DNA from: a virus
DNA: 64,000 nt
IMG/VR virus record: IMGVR_UViG_3300005253_000063
Span: 1 to 64,000 of that record
Direction: 5' to 3' (one strand)
Shown here piece by piece: positions 17,667 through 26,019 of the stretch. The stretch's first letter is position 1. The number at the start of each line of letters is the position of its first letter. The translations under genes were made by a program, and so were the position numbers. Under the pieces are notes generated by a model that was not told where the DNA came from, made no database searches, and worked only from the letters and a program-made list of their open reading frames with translations.

Positions 17667-18076
17667 GCGAACCGCAACACGCCAACCTGTCGCTCGACTT
17701 CGACTTTGTCTCTTGCTACCGGTGCGGCTCACCGATCTGGATGGAGACGTGGATTCTGAAGAAGCGCAGGAACGACCATCAGGATTTTTACTGCTACAAC
17801 GGTCATCGCCAATCGTTCTCCGGCGAGACCGACGCTGCGCGTCTGAAGCGACAGCTTGAAACTGAACGCGGCAAGACGCGGATGGCACGCGACGAAGTCG
17901 GCAATGAGCGGCGCCGCGCTGACCACCTAGGGCGTAGTCGCGACGTATACAAAGGCAAATTGAAGGCGACGAAGCAGCGCATCAAGAACGGCGTGTGTCC
18001 GTGCTGCAAGCGTACGTTCAGGGACCTTCACGACCATATGAGGACGAAGCATCCGGCCTATGGCGGGCAAGCCTGA
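17663..18076 (+). CDS. Zinc-finger/coiled-coil phage protein
   Basis: CYRCG...FYCYNGH...CPCCKRTF..L..HMRTKHP (C2H2). Confidence 0.75.
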   Translation: MSEPQHANLSLDFDFVSCYRCGSPIWMETWILKKRRNDHQDFYCYNGHRQSFSGETDAARLKRQLETERGKTRMARDEVGNERRRADHLGRSRDVYKGKLKATKQRIKNGVCPCCKRTFRDLHDHMRTKHPAYGGQA

Positions 18077-18353
18077 CCGTGCTGCGCGTGAGGCCGAGCT
18101 ACGCCTCGGCGGTGTCGACATCCCGTCGGGCTTCGTGAGCCTCGACGAACTTGCCGACAACGTCCGCGCGATCTCCCAGGCGGTTGGCAAGGTGCTCAAC
18201 AATGGTCCGCTCACGCGGCGGGCGATCGAGGTGCTGCTCCTGGACCACCTACCCAACCGCGGGCCGCAGAAGGTTGGCCTTCGTGCGCTTCAGCAAGTGC
18301 TCGACGTGCTCAGCGAGCTTGAAGAGTTGGTGCTCCTCAAGCCTAATGACTAG
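18060..18353 (+). CDS. Hypothetical protein
   Basis: 97-aa ORF; stop lies in the first unit of array 5. Confidence 0.6.
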   Translation: MAGKPDRAAREAELRLGGVDIPSGFVSLDELADNVRAISQAVGKVLNNGPLTRRAIEVLLLDHLPNRGPQKVGLRALQQVLDVLSELEELVLLKPND

Positions 18354-18708
18354 CGTCGCCCAGTTCTATCACGCGGGCTGAAGATCATGCGCCAACCGAA
18401 GGAAGGGCGCGGGCCATAGGAGACGGGACACCCGAACGCACACGCGGCGCTGTATACCTCACGGCACCCTAACAAGTAGCGCGAGCCGCAGTCTCGACGA
18501 CACCCGAAATACAAACGCGAGCCTAATGACTAGCGGTCACCCGAATGAGCTACGCGAGCCGACGAAGAAGGCGCCACCCAGATGTCCTAGGCGGGTCATG
18601 AAAACGCTGACGCGCGATCAAGTCGTGGGATAGCGCCGCCGGTGTAATGCCGCCCATGGATGATGCGCGCGCCGGACGAATCACGACGCCCTTTGAAAGG
18701 AGCGAACC
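18336..18708 (+). repeat. TIGR-like array 5 (~10 units, partly degenerate), directly upstream of tasA
   Basis: Edge repeats at 18336, 18372, 18408, 18444, 18480, 18516, 18553, 18590, 18666; last repeat abuts ATG 18709. Confidence 0.85.
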
Positions 18709-19650
18709 ATGCCGCCGAAGCGAGTGAACCCAGCAATCGCCTCCGACCGTACTCGAGAGCAGACACGTCTTGGGTTGAAGAAGAAGGTCCGCATGTTCTA
18801 CGACCTGCAGCGGATGCGGCTGCAGTGCGGCGGACGGATTCAACCGAAGGCCGAGGGTAACGAGATCCAGCTTCACGAAGTCGACCAGGTGATCTTGGAA
18901 AACCGCGCGAAGGAGTTGCTCATCGCGGAGAAGGCCGCGCTGCGCGATGTCCAGGACCACCTCAAGACGATGCTCTTCTACACCGAGATCCTCAGCGACA
19001 AGTCGCGCTTCAAGGGACTCGGTCCGACAATGGCCGGTGTTATCCTCAGCGAGTTCGACATCGCACGCGAGGATACCGCTTCGCAAATGTGGGCGTTCGC
19101 CGGACTCGCTCCGGTACCGGCGCAGCGTTGCAAGAAGTGCAACCACCTCGTCGAGCCGGTCAAGGACGCCGACCGCTTCAAGCACGCCGTCAAGAAGGAA
19201 GCACACTGCGGGGTCGACGTGCTTCAGCGGTCGGCGATCTACGACAGCGGCAAGTCGATGCGACCGAAGCGCGGTGAGAAGCTGCCGTACAACGCGTTCC
19301 TGAAGACGAAGCTCGTCGGTGTTCTCGGGCCGTGTCTCATCAAAGCGAACTCGCCGTGGCGCAAGTTGTACGACGACTACAAGCATCGCAAGGCCAGCGC
19401 GGGCTGGGGCACGGGCGACGCGCACCGACACCATGCGGCGATCCGCTACATGGTCAAGCAGCTCCTCCTCGCGATCTGGAAGGACTGGCGCGCGTTCGAG
19501 GACTTGCCTGTCCGTCCGTCGTACCAAGAGGAGAAGCTCGGGCACACGCACGAGGCCACCGCTGTCGGCAGCAACGGCAAGTCGAGCGCCGACGTCGAGG
19601 CGTTGATGGACTCACCCGAGGTCGAGGAAGAGCTGGCGAACGCGCTGTAA
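18709..19650 (+). CDS. tasA: TIGR-associated Nop-domain protein, TasA type (IS110 C-terminal-like, no RuvC/HNH)
   Basis: Coiled-coil N-terminus then KGLGPTMAGVILSEFDI...ASQMWAFAGL...KRGEKLPYNAFLKTKL...HRHHAAIRYMVK..L..IW..WR; no DEDD domain; 36-bp arrays on both sides. Confidence 0.82.
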   Translation: MPPKRVNPAIASDRTREQTRLGLKKKVRMFYDLQRMRLQCGGRIQPKAEGNEIQLHEVDQVILENRAKELLIAEKAALRDVQDHLKTMLFYTEILSDKSRFKGLGPTMAGVILSEFDIAREDTASQMWAFAGLAPVPAQRCKKCNHLVEPVKDADRFKHAVKKEAHCGVDVLQRSAIYDSGKSMRPKRGEKLPYNAFLKTKLVGVLGPCLIKANSPWRKLYDDYKHRKASAGWGTGDAHRHHAAIRYMVKQLLLAIWKDWRAFEDLPVRPSYQEEKLGHTHEATAVGSNGKSSADVEALMDSPEVEEELANAL

Positions 19651-19862
19651 TGGAGGCGGCACCCGGTCCTCACGCGCGAGCCGTTGGCACTACGACAACC
19701 GTCCCGCTGACGCGAGCCGTTCTCCTCACGCCGCCCGTGGTACTCGCGCGCGCCTCACCACTTGCGCCGCCCTCTACTGACACGCGAGCCATAGCAGATA
19801 CGACGACCACTCGATCTACGCGAGCCGTTCTGAAAGCGTCGCCCGAAGTCCTAGCGCGCTTC
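19639..19862 (+). repeat. TIGR-like array 6 (6 units), directly downstream of tasA
   Basis: Edge repeats at 19639 (degenerate), 19675, 19711, 19747, 19783, 19819, 19855; exact 36-bp period. Confidence 0.9.
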
Positions 19863-20164
19863 TAACTCATCGCGCCGTCGCTGGGCACCCAACACTGACG
19901 CGTGTCCGGCTCCCACTCCATTCCGTCCAGCTCTGCGCGCAGGTACGCGGGCAGGTGGTCGAGGATGCGCTGGAGGCCCCAGTCGAGATCGCCGCGCAGC
20001 TCTTTGAAGATGCGCGTACAAATTTCGAAGCGTCGTTTGATCTCCGCCATCGTCTGCGGACCCTGGTCTACGATGAAGCTCCCAAAGATGACGCGCTCGA
20101 ATCCGCCGACCACGATCCCGAGATCGCGAGGGTTGCTCATCAGCGCGGCTAGCGTTCCAGTCAT
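19862..20164 (-). CDS. Hypothetical protein
   Basis: SD GGAGG; last gene of the portal block. Confidence 0.7.
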   Translation of the reverse strand: MTGTLAALMSNPRDLGIVVGGFERVIFGSFIVDQGPQTMAEIKRRFEICTRIFKELRGDLDWGLQRILDHLPAYLRAELDGMEWEPDTRQCWVPSDGAMS

Positions 20165-20167
20165 GGA

Positions 20168-21235
20168 TCAAACCTCCGGGACTACCGTACTACGGCAAAA
20201 ACCATGCAGCGGAGGCTGTTGGATGCCGTTCTTCTCCAGGCCCTTGTCCGACATCGTGTTGGTGTAGGTACCGATCTTGTCGGCCTCGCCGAAGCCCGGC
20301 TCTTGTACCACACCGATGCTCTGCTGCGATCCGTCCTCACGTTCGAACGCCATGACGTCGCGGCCCTTCGAATCTTTGCGGTCGCGGACCCAGGGGAGCG
20401 CAGCCTTGACCTTGTCCGAGTCGCGTTCGCCGCGCACGCTGTCCAGTCGCTTGAGACCCGAGTCGACGGTGAACGTCTTCTCGTGCATGAATCGACAAAC
20501 CTCGGTCGTCGCCTCGTCGAGGACGGCTTCGAAGATGTAGCGATCGAGTCCGGCCTCCTTGAAGGAAAGCAGGCTCGATGTTGTACGCGCTCGGTTCACG
20601 AACGACGACGCGATGACCTGCCAATACGATTTGCTTTGTCTCAACGAGGACGCGGTGAGTTTGCTTTGGAGTTGTTCGGCGATGGCCTTGCGCCCGAGTC
20701 CTCGTTCGAGTCCGTCGGAGACGATGCGTCTTGCCTGTGCGGAGAAGTTCTGTCGCCGCAAGCCGAGCTGGTCGGTGATGAAGTTGGCTTGGCTGCGCGC
20801 GAGTTCGCGCGTCGCGCGTCGGTCGACGAGCCGGGTCGCGCTTTGGATCTTCAGTCGGAACCGTCGCTTGACCGCCTTCCGCGTCTGGCCGACCACGCGA
20901 GTTCCCGACACTTCGAAGACTTTGTCCACCTTCGGCAGGATCGCCTTCGGCAGCGGCGCAAGTGACCTTGTCGCTGCCGTGACGGCTCGTGCGCGTTGAG
21001 CCGCGCTAAGATTTGGCCAGTCAACGTCAAGCCGTTTCAGCGCGGCGCGCAGCACCTTCGCTTCGTCCCCCGCCGTCGCGCGTTTCAGGCTTCGCGAGAG
21101 ACGGTTGACGATCGTGAGGAAGTCGCCGCGGTTCGTTGGGTTGAGGGCCTTCGCGACATCGAGGTGATAGACGTCGCTGAGTATCTCCTCGATCGCAGCG
21201 GCGCCGTCCTCGTAGAGGTCAGTCAGGCTCTCCAT
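20168..21235 (-). CDS. Head morphogenesis protein (Mu gpF / SPP1 gp7 family)
   Basis: AVLDEATTEVCRFMH...PPLHGFCRSTVVP; follows portal; likely start ATG 21235. Confidence 0.85.
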   Translation of the reverse strand: MESLTDLYEDGAAAIEEILSDVYHLDVAKALNPTNRGDFLTIVNRLSRSLKRATAGDEAKVLRAALKRLDVDWPNLSAAQRARAVTAATRSLAPLPKAILPKVDKVFEVSGTRVVGQTRKAVKRRFRLKIQSATRLVDRRATRELARSQANFITDQLGLRRQNFSAQARRIVSDGLERGLGRKAIAEQLQSKLTASSLRQSKSYWQVIASSFVNRARTTSSLLSFKEAGLDRYIFEAVLDEATTEVCRFMHEKTFTVDSGLKRLDSVRGERDSDKVKAALPWVRDRKDSKGRDVMAFEREDGSQQSIGVVQEPGFGEADKIGTYTNTMSDKGLEKNGIQQPPLHGFCRSTVVPEV

Positions 21236-24119
21236 CGTCCGCTTCGTCCTTCGCGGCGAGGAACTCGTCCTCGGCCTGTCGTCGCTCTTCCGCGCGGATC
21301 GCGTCTCGAACCTTGATGAGGTGTGCGGCCTGCGCGACGAGACGCCGCTTCCCGATTGACGGCGGGACCTGTGGTCGCCGACGGGCTTGCTCTGGGTTGA
21401 GTAGCCCACCTTCCTCGGCGAGGTCCTGGACCGTGAGGTCGGCCTTGTCTCCACCCCTGTCCGGTTCCTCGCCAGGCCCGGCCCCAACGACTGAAAGCTG
21501 CAACGGCTGTTCGGTCCAGAACGCATCGATGCGTTTGAACTCTCGGTTGAAGACGTCCTCGGCAAGCTGCCGCGCCTCGCTTGGCACGATCGCACCGGCG
21601 CGCAGCAGCGTTGCGATCATCTCGGTCAGCTGCGCCGCGTCCTTTGTGATCGGACCGTTCGAACGGAAGCGCCAGAACCGGATCCCCATGTCGGTGAGGA
21701 TCTTGCGGTTGATGATGAAGTCGAACTCCTCGCGCTCCGGTTGGAAGACCTGCGCCTCGGCGAAGACCAACGCCGCTTGAGCTGTGTTACCCTGCACGGC
21801 GACTTTACCGTTGCGGCGAGTGACGTAGAACCCGTACTCTGGTACGGAGAAGCAGTACACTCGGCCTTGGTAGTGTACCCGCTCCGGCAGGTCACGGAAC
21901 TCGGCGTCGCGGCCCACCGAGATCAACACGCGCCAACATGCGCGCCGGTTGTCGTGCGCGGCGTAGTGCAGCGACAGCGTAGCACGGTGACCGAGTCGGA
22001 GCGCGAGCACCTGTACGTCGTCGCACAGGCCGCGAGACACCGAAGGATAGAACCCGCTGTTGCGGCCCGGTCTCGAATCCCAGTGTCCGTCGCCCGCCAT
22101 CAGAGCATTGAACAAGATTCGCGTCTGCTCGGGACACAGATCGCGGGCGATGTCCGGGATCCGCTTCGAGCCAGAGTCCGAGCCGCAGTGCTCGCGCAGC
22201 CACGACGACAGGCACCGGTTGCTCAGCTGCCACCGACGCATCTCGGCGACCTCGTCGCAGCTCTCAGAGAAGGCCCATCCGGTTCGCTTCAAGCACGCGC
22301 GGATCGCGTCGGCCGTCCCACCGTCACGCTGGCTCAAGGTCACGAGGTACGGTGCGCTCGGGTGATTCGTACTCAGGAGCGACCCCTCGCTGAGCCAGTA
22401 ACCGAGAAAGGCCACGAAGTCGTCGCCGGCTACGCTCGACACATGGTCGTGCCCTCGCTCGATCTGGCACCCGTCGTCCTTGGGCAGCGTGAAGCCGTCA
22501 AGCCGCGTGCCGTCGGCGTGCCCCACCGTGGTCTTGAGCGCGTAGCGCGGCCACGGAATCGACTGCGACGCGTGGACCTCGAACCGCTCAGCGCCGAGTG
22601 GGCGCGCGAGCATCCGGTGATCTTCGGTCACCATCACGTCGGCGACCGCAGATCGGAAGTGCAGCAGCTCCTCATCCACCTCGTACACGTGCAGCGCATC
22701 GGGTCTCGTGAACTCAACATTGTCCTGGCCCGGGTGGTACGCGGCGATCTCGTCGTCGTCGCGGAACTGATCGAGCCGCAGCCACCCCCGCCGCGTGAGC
22801 GTCTCCGTGCGCTCGTCGTAGCAGGCGCGGTTGAAGTCGCGGATGTCACCGCGGAGCATTCGCGGCAGGCGGAAGCTCATTCCGACCTTATCGATGTTGC
22901 GCTCGTCGTACTTCTGGAACAACGCGTCCTGGTAGATCGCTTGCGTCAGCGGCTTGAGTTCGATTTTCATCTTGCCGCCGCCGGCAGTCGCGTCGCTCTC
23001 GCCTTCGAGCACGAGAATTTTGTGGAAGTTGCGTCGACCCTTCGATGCGTTCTTGACGTGATCCTCTACCCTGCTGATCGTCTCTGACGACACGCGTCCG
23101 CCCGACACGAGCATGACCATCGGGGGGATCGACTTGTTCTCGAAGTAGAGGAAGTTCACCTCTTCACTCTGGCGCGAGCCCATGACCGAGAGCAGGTTGC
23201 CGATCCAACGTGGCGTGCCGTACGCTGAGCGTGGGTTGTGAATCTTGAAGTGTAGGACCTCGTGGGCGGGTCCGTCCATCGGGTCGTTCTTCTTCAGCGC
23301 CTCAACATCCTTGAACTCCTTGCCGGTCTTGCGCGAGATGACCCGTGGGTCGCCGAGTTCCTTGAACCAGACCGACTTCCCTTCGACTACCTGGACCAGC
23401 TTGCGGAACTGTCGCTGCATCTTGATCGTATCGAATTCAAGATCGGAGATTTTGATCTTGGTTTCGACGTCAACCGCTGTTGCGTCGAGCGACAGCAGGC
23501 GCATGGTGTAGCCGGGGATGTAATTGAACTGCGCGATCTCCCCGGCGCCGTTGCGAATGATTTCCCAGTAGGCGTTGCCCAGGACTTCGATGTCTTGCCG
23601 CATTCGTCTGCGTAGTGAGACGAAGCTCACGTCCGCGCAGCAGAACTCGAAGAAGTTGACGAGCTTTGATTTCTCGCGTCGCATGAGGTCGTGCAGTTCG
23701 ATGATCTTCGCGTCCACCTCTTCCTTGGTGGGATCCAGGTTCTCGAACGTGGTTTCTTCGCCGGCTTCTTGCTGCCGCAGTCGTTCGATGTAGATCGCGT
23801 TCGCGATTTGCGCGGGCGCCTCGTCGGATTCGAGGTTGATCACTGGCTCGAACTTGTGGCCGAAGCCGTCGATGTTGGTGACGTAAGCGTCGATGTTCTG
23901 GCGGAGCGCGTTCGAATGCTCCAGCAGTAGGCACAGCGTCTCGGGGTCGAATGGCGGCTCGATCGCGCCGAGCTGCGAGAACGTTCGTGCCAGCTCGTCT
24001 TCGCGTACCTGGACCGCGTTCGGCTGCTCAACGTCGTCCCGACCAACCAGGTGTGCCTTGACGAGCGGAACCACGTCCGCCAGCTCAGCTACGGCTGCGT
24101 TCACGTCCTCCTGCTTCAT
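21219..24119 (-). CDS. Portal protein (PBSX-like) containing an intein
   Basis: LGNAYWEIIRNGAGEI, EVLHFK, YGTPRW, FRLPRML; intein interrupts DFNRA|TAQAA. Confidence 0.9.
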   Translation of the reverse strand: MKQEDVNAAVAELADVVPLVKAHLVGRDDVEQPNAVQVREDELARTFSQLGAIEPPFDPETLCLLLEHSNALRQNIDAYVTNIDGFGHKFEPVINLESDEAPAQIANAIYIERLRQQEAGEETTFENLDPTKEEVDAKIIELHDLMRREKSKLVNFFEFCCADVSFVSLRRRMRQDIEVLGNAYWEIIRNGAGEIAQFNYIPGYTMRLLSLDATAVDVETKIKISDLEFDTIKMQRQFRKLVQVVEGKSVWFKELGDPRVISRKTGKEFKDVEALKKNDPMDGPAHEVLHFKIHNPRSAYGTPRWIGNLLSVMGSRQSEEVNFLYFENKSIPPMVMLVSGGRVSSETISRVEDHVKNASKGRRNFHKILVLEGESDATAGGGKMKIELKPLTQAIYQDALFQKYDERNIDKVGMSFRLPRMLRGDIRDFNRACYDERTETLTRRGWLRLDQFRDDDEIAAYHPGQDNVEFTRPDALHVYEVDEELLHFRSAVADVMVTEDHRMLARPLGAERFEVHASQSIPWPRYALKTTVGHADGTRLDGFTLPKDDGCQIERGHDHVSSVAGDDFVAFLGYWLSEGSLLSTNHPSAPYLVTLSQRDGGTADAIRACLKRTGWAFSESCDEVAEMRRWQLSNRCLSSWLREHCGSDSGSKRIPDIARDLCPEQTRILFNALMAGDGHWDSRPGRNSGFYPSVSRGLCDDVQVLALRLGHRATLSLHYAAHDNRRACWRVLISVGRDAEFRDLPERVHYQGRVYCFSVPEYGFYVTRRNGKVAVQGNTAQAALVFAEAQVFQPEREEFDFIINRKILTDMGIRFWRFRSNGPITKDAAQLTEMIATLLRAGAIVPSEARQLAEDVFNREFKRIDAFWTEQPLQLSVVGAGPGEEPDRGGDKADLTVQDLAEEGGLLNPEQARRRPQVPPSIGKRRLVAQAAHLIKVRDAIRAEERRQAEDEFLAAKDEADDGEPD
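21786..22823 (-). mobile_element. Intein (346 aa) with LAGLIDADG homing endonuclease
   Basis: Starts CYDERTETLTRRGW; block B VTEDHRM; FLGYWLSEGS and LMAGDGH; ends VYCFSV...VTRRNGKVAVQGN followed by Thr. Confidence 0.9.
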
Positions 24120-24176
24120 CCCGCACAAGACCCTAGCACGGTTTGGTATTTCGCCGCGATACTCGCGGAGGCCCTG

Positions 24177-24398
24177 CTACGGGGTTCGCTTGTCGGGGAA
24201 CGTCACCGCGTGGACGATGTTGTTCGGGCCGAACGAGATCGACCGTGCCTCGCGGCCCTGCTTCTCGATCTCAGCGCGTACCGCGCCCCTAACTGCGTCA
24301 TGGTTCGAACCACTTACCTCGAATGACGGCAGCGGTTTGGGCTTGCTCGTCTTCGCTGCACCGCGCTCGATCTCGTAGAGCTTCACCTGGACCTTCAT
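24177..24398 (-). CDS. Hypothetical protein
   Basis: ATG 24398, 7 nt after TAGGAT. Confidence 0.55.
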   Translation of the reverse strand: MKVQVKLYEIERGAAKTSKPKPLPSFEVSGSNHDAVRGAVRAEIEKQGREARSISFGPNNIVHAVTFPDKRTP

Positions 24399-24515
24399 CG
24401 GGTCTATCCTACGGCGACAACGTCTCGGTGCCAAGGCCCTCGCATCAAGCCGCAAGATCGTGGTATTTGTAGACCCATACTCAAGGTGGAGCGCAGCCTC
24501 CAGGAGGATCCGGGA

Positions 24516-25313
24516 ATGTCATCGACAGTTCAAGAGACCAAGGTCGAGAAGATCAAGGCGGCATTCGCGCGGCTTTTGGAGGCGCAAGGTCACACGGGTG
24601 GTGCGGGTGGTCCCGGTGCCGCGATGCTTCGCGGCGCGCTCGAACAACTGACGTCCGTCGTGAAGCGCGCGGGCGAGGGCGAGGAGCCTTCGGGGATGGC
24701 GGATCAGATCCGTTCCATCACTGCGTTGCTGTCGGCGGCAAGCGGTGTCGCGTCGCACGGGTACGAGCTGCGCGAGATGAACCAAGAGGCGTTCATCTCG
24801 TACGCCAAGGCCGAAGTCGCGAAGGCGCTCGCGGGCGGCCTGAACGCAGAGCAGCTCGACGCGCTTCGTACCTCGATCGAGATCGCGAAGGCCGGCTTCG
24901 CCGACGGCGTGGCCGAGAGCATCCAGTTCCCGGTTGCGGTGGCAGAGGTCGCGGGTGAGGGCAGCGGCGCCGGAGATGGCGGCGCAGACGACGGTGTCGC
25001 CGCCGGGGACGGTGATGCGGGCGATGACGGGGACGGGGACGCCGCCGGGGACAATGATGTTGGTGAAGGCGCGGGCGACGGAGACGGAGACGCTGCCGGG
25101 GACAATGATGCGAGTGCTGCCGGTGACGGTGACGCGGGTGATGCTGCTGCGGGTGATGCTGCTGCGGCCGGCGACGGCGACGGCGAGGTCACGGAGCGCG
25201 CGGAGTGGCCCGCGGATATGAACACCGAGTCGTTCATGAAGGGCGAGCCGATCCAGAAGGCGGACTTGCCCTTCGGCCACGATCCTTGGCACAAGCAACC
25301 CGAAGGCGACTAG
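24516..25313 (+). CDS. Scaffold-like protein with Gly/Asp-rich linker and C-terminal WPADMN motif
   Basis: SD AGGAGG; GDGDAAGDND repeats; C-terminal motif shared with 30503-31558. Confidence 0.7.
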   Translation: MSSTVQETKVEKIKAAFARLLEAQGHTGGAGGPGAAMLRGALEQLTSVVKRAGEGEEPSGMADQIRSITALLSAASGVASHGYELREMNQEAFISYAKAEVAKALAGGLNAEQLDALRTSIEIAKAGFADGVAESIQFPVAVAEVAGEGSGAGDGGADDGVAAGDGDAGDDGDGDAAGDNDVGEGAGDGDGDAAGDNDASAAGDGDAGDAAAGDAAAAGDGDGEVTERAEWPADMNTESFMKGEPIQKADLPFGHDPWHKQPEGD

Positions 25314-25389
25314 AACGGGTTACACTCGCTGCGGCTCAGCGGCTCCGCCCCGCCTCCTTCCCGCTGTCGAGACAGAGTCGACGAGCCAC

Positions 25390-25419
25390 GGGGCCCGCTT
25401 CGGCGGGCCCCTCTTTCGT
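25390..25419 (+). terminator. Intrinsic terminator
   Basis: GGGGCCCGC-TTCG-GCGGGCCCC hairpin followed by TCTTTCGT. Confidence 0.7.
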
Positions 25420-25521
25420 TCAGATCGTGGCTAGCTCCGGCGTGCGCAGCTCTGCTATCTTGGGCGCATCCATTTAGCGTAGACTTGACATCGTGCTTAC
25501 AGACTATGCAATATCAACATC

Positions 25522-26019
25522 GTGGATGCTGGTACTGTAGAGCGCTTTACGAAATCGCCGTGGTGGCCCACTCGCACAGATTCAGCGGGCTACGTCGTCA
25601 TCGCGATAGACGGTCGAGCAGAGAAGGAGCACCGCCTGGTAGTCGCTGCAGCGCTGGGCCGACCGCTGCGGTCCGATGAAGTAGTGCATCACGTGAACGG
25701 AATCAGAGCCGACAATCGAGCAGAGAACTTGCGGTTGTTGAGCTTAGCAGAACACACGCGGTTACATCGACGGCAGCCATGGAAGCACCAGATCGCGCTG
25801 TGCGCGTGGTGTGGATCAAACGTCGATAGGCTTATGGACAACGGTCGGCCGTCCAAACGCGCATTCTGTGACATCGCATGCAGGCGCGCGTGGGGTCGAC
25901 GCGTGCGTGAGTGTGTTTGTGTTACGTGTGGTGCATTGTTCGAACGGCGCGGTTCTAGAAATAGGCGCCCAAAATTCTGCTCGTTGCAGTGCTCAGCAAA
26001 GTCTGCTTGTGGGCACTGA
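25522..26019 (+). CDS. HNH homing endonuclease with C-terminal zinc fingers
   Basis: EHRLVV...[18 protein letters not shown]; CxxC...FCxxxC repeats. Confidence 0.85.
   Translation: MDAGTVERFTKSPWWPTRTDSAGYVVIAIDGRAEKEHRLVVAAALGRPLRSDEVVHHVNGIRADNRAENLRLLSLAEHTRLHRRQPWKHQIALCAWCGSNVDRLMDNGRPSKRAFCDIACRRAWGRRVRECVCVTCGALFERRGSRNRRPKFCSLQCSAKSACGH

Noticed and set aside
18612-18624. 13-nt match GCGCGATCAAGTC between a degenerate array-5 unit and the minus-strand leader element at 2205-2217 (possible self-target)
   Set aside because: A few 13-mer matches are expected by chance between ~2 kb of array and 128 kb of both strands; the partner half-spacer does not match adjacent sequence
18709-19650. 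IS110 transposase / insertion sequence
   Set aside because: No N-terminal DEDD RuvC-like domain and no IS ends; flanking 36-bp arrays fit TasA better
25485-25512. Sigma70 promoter at perfect TTGACA upstream of the HNH gene
   Set aside because: No convincing -10 hexamer at 16-18 bp spacing
25811-26008. N-terminal 66 aa of the 1529-aa ORF
   Set aside because: Overlaps the HNH gene in another frame; real start is more likely 26009 or 26066
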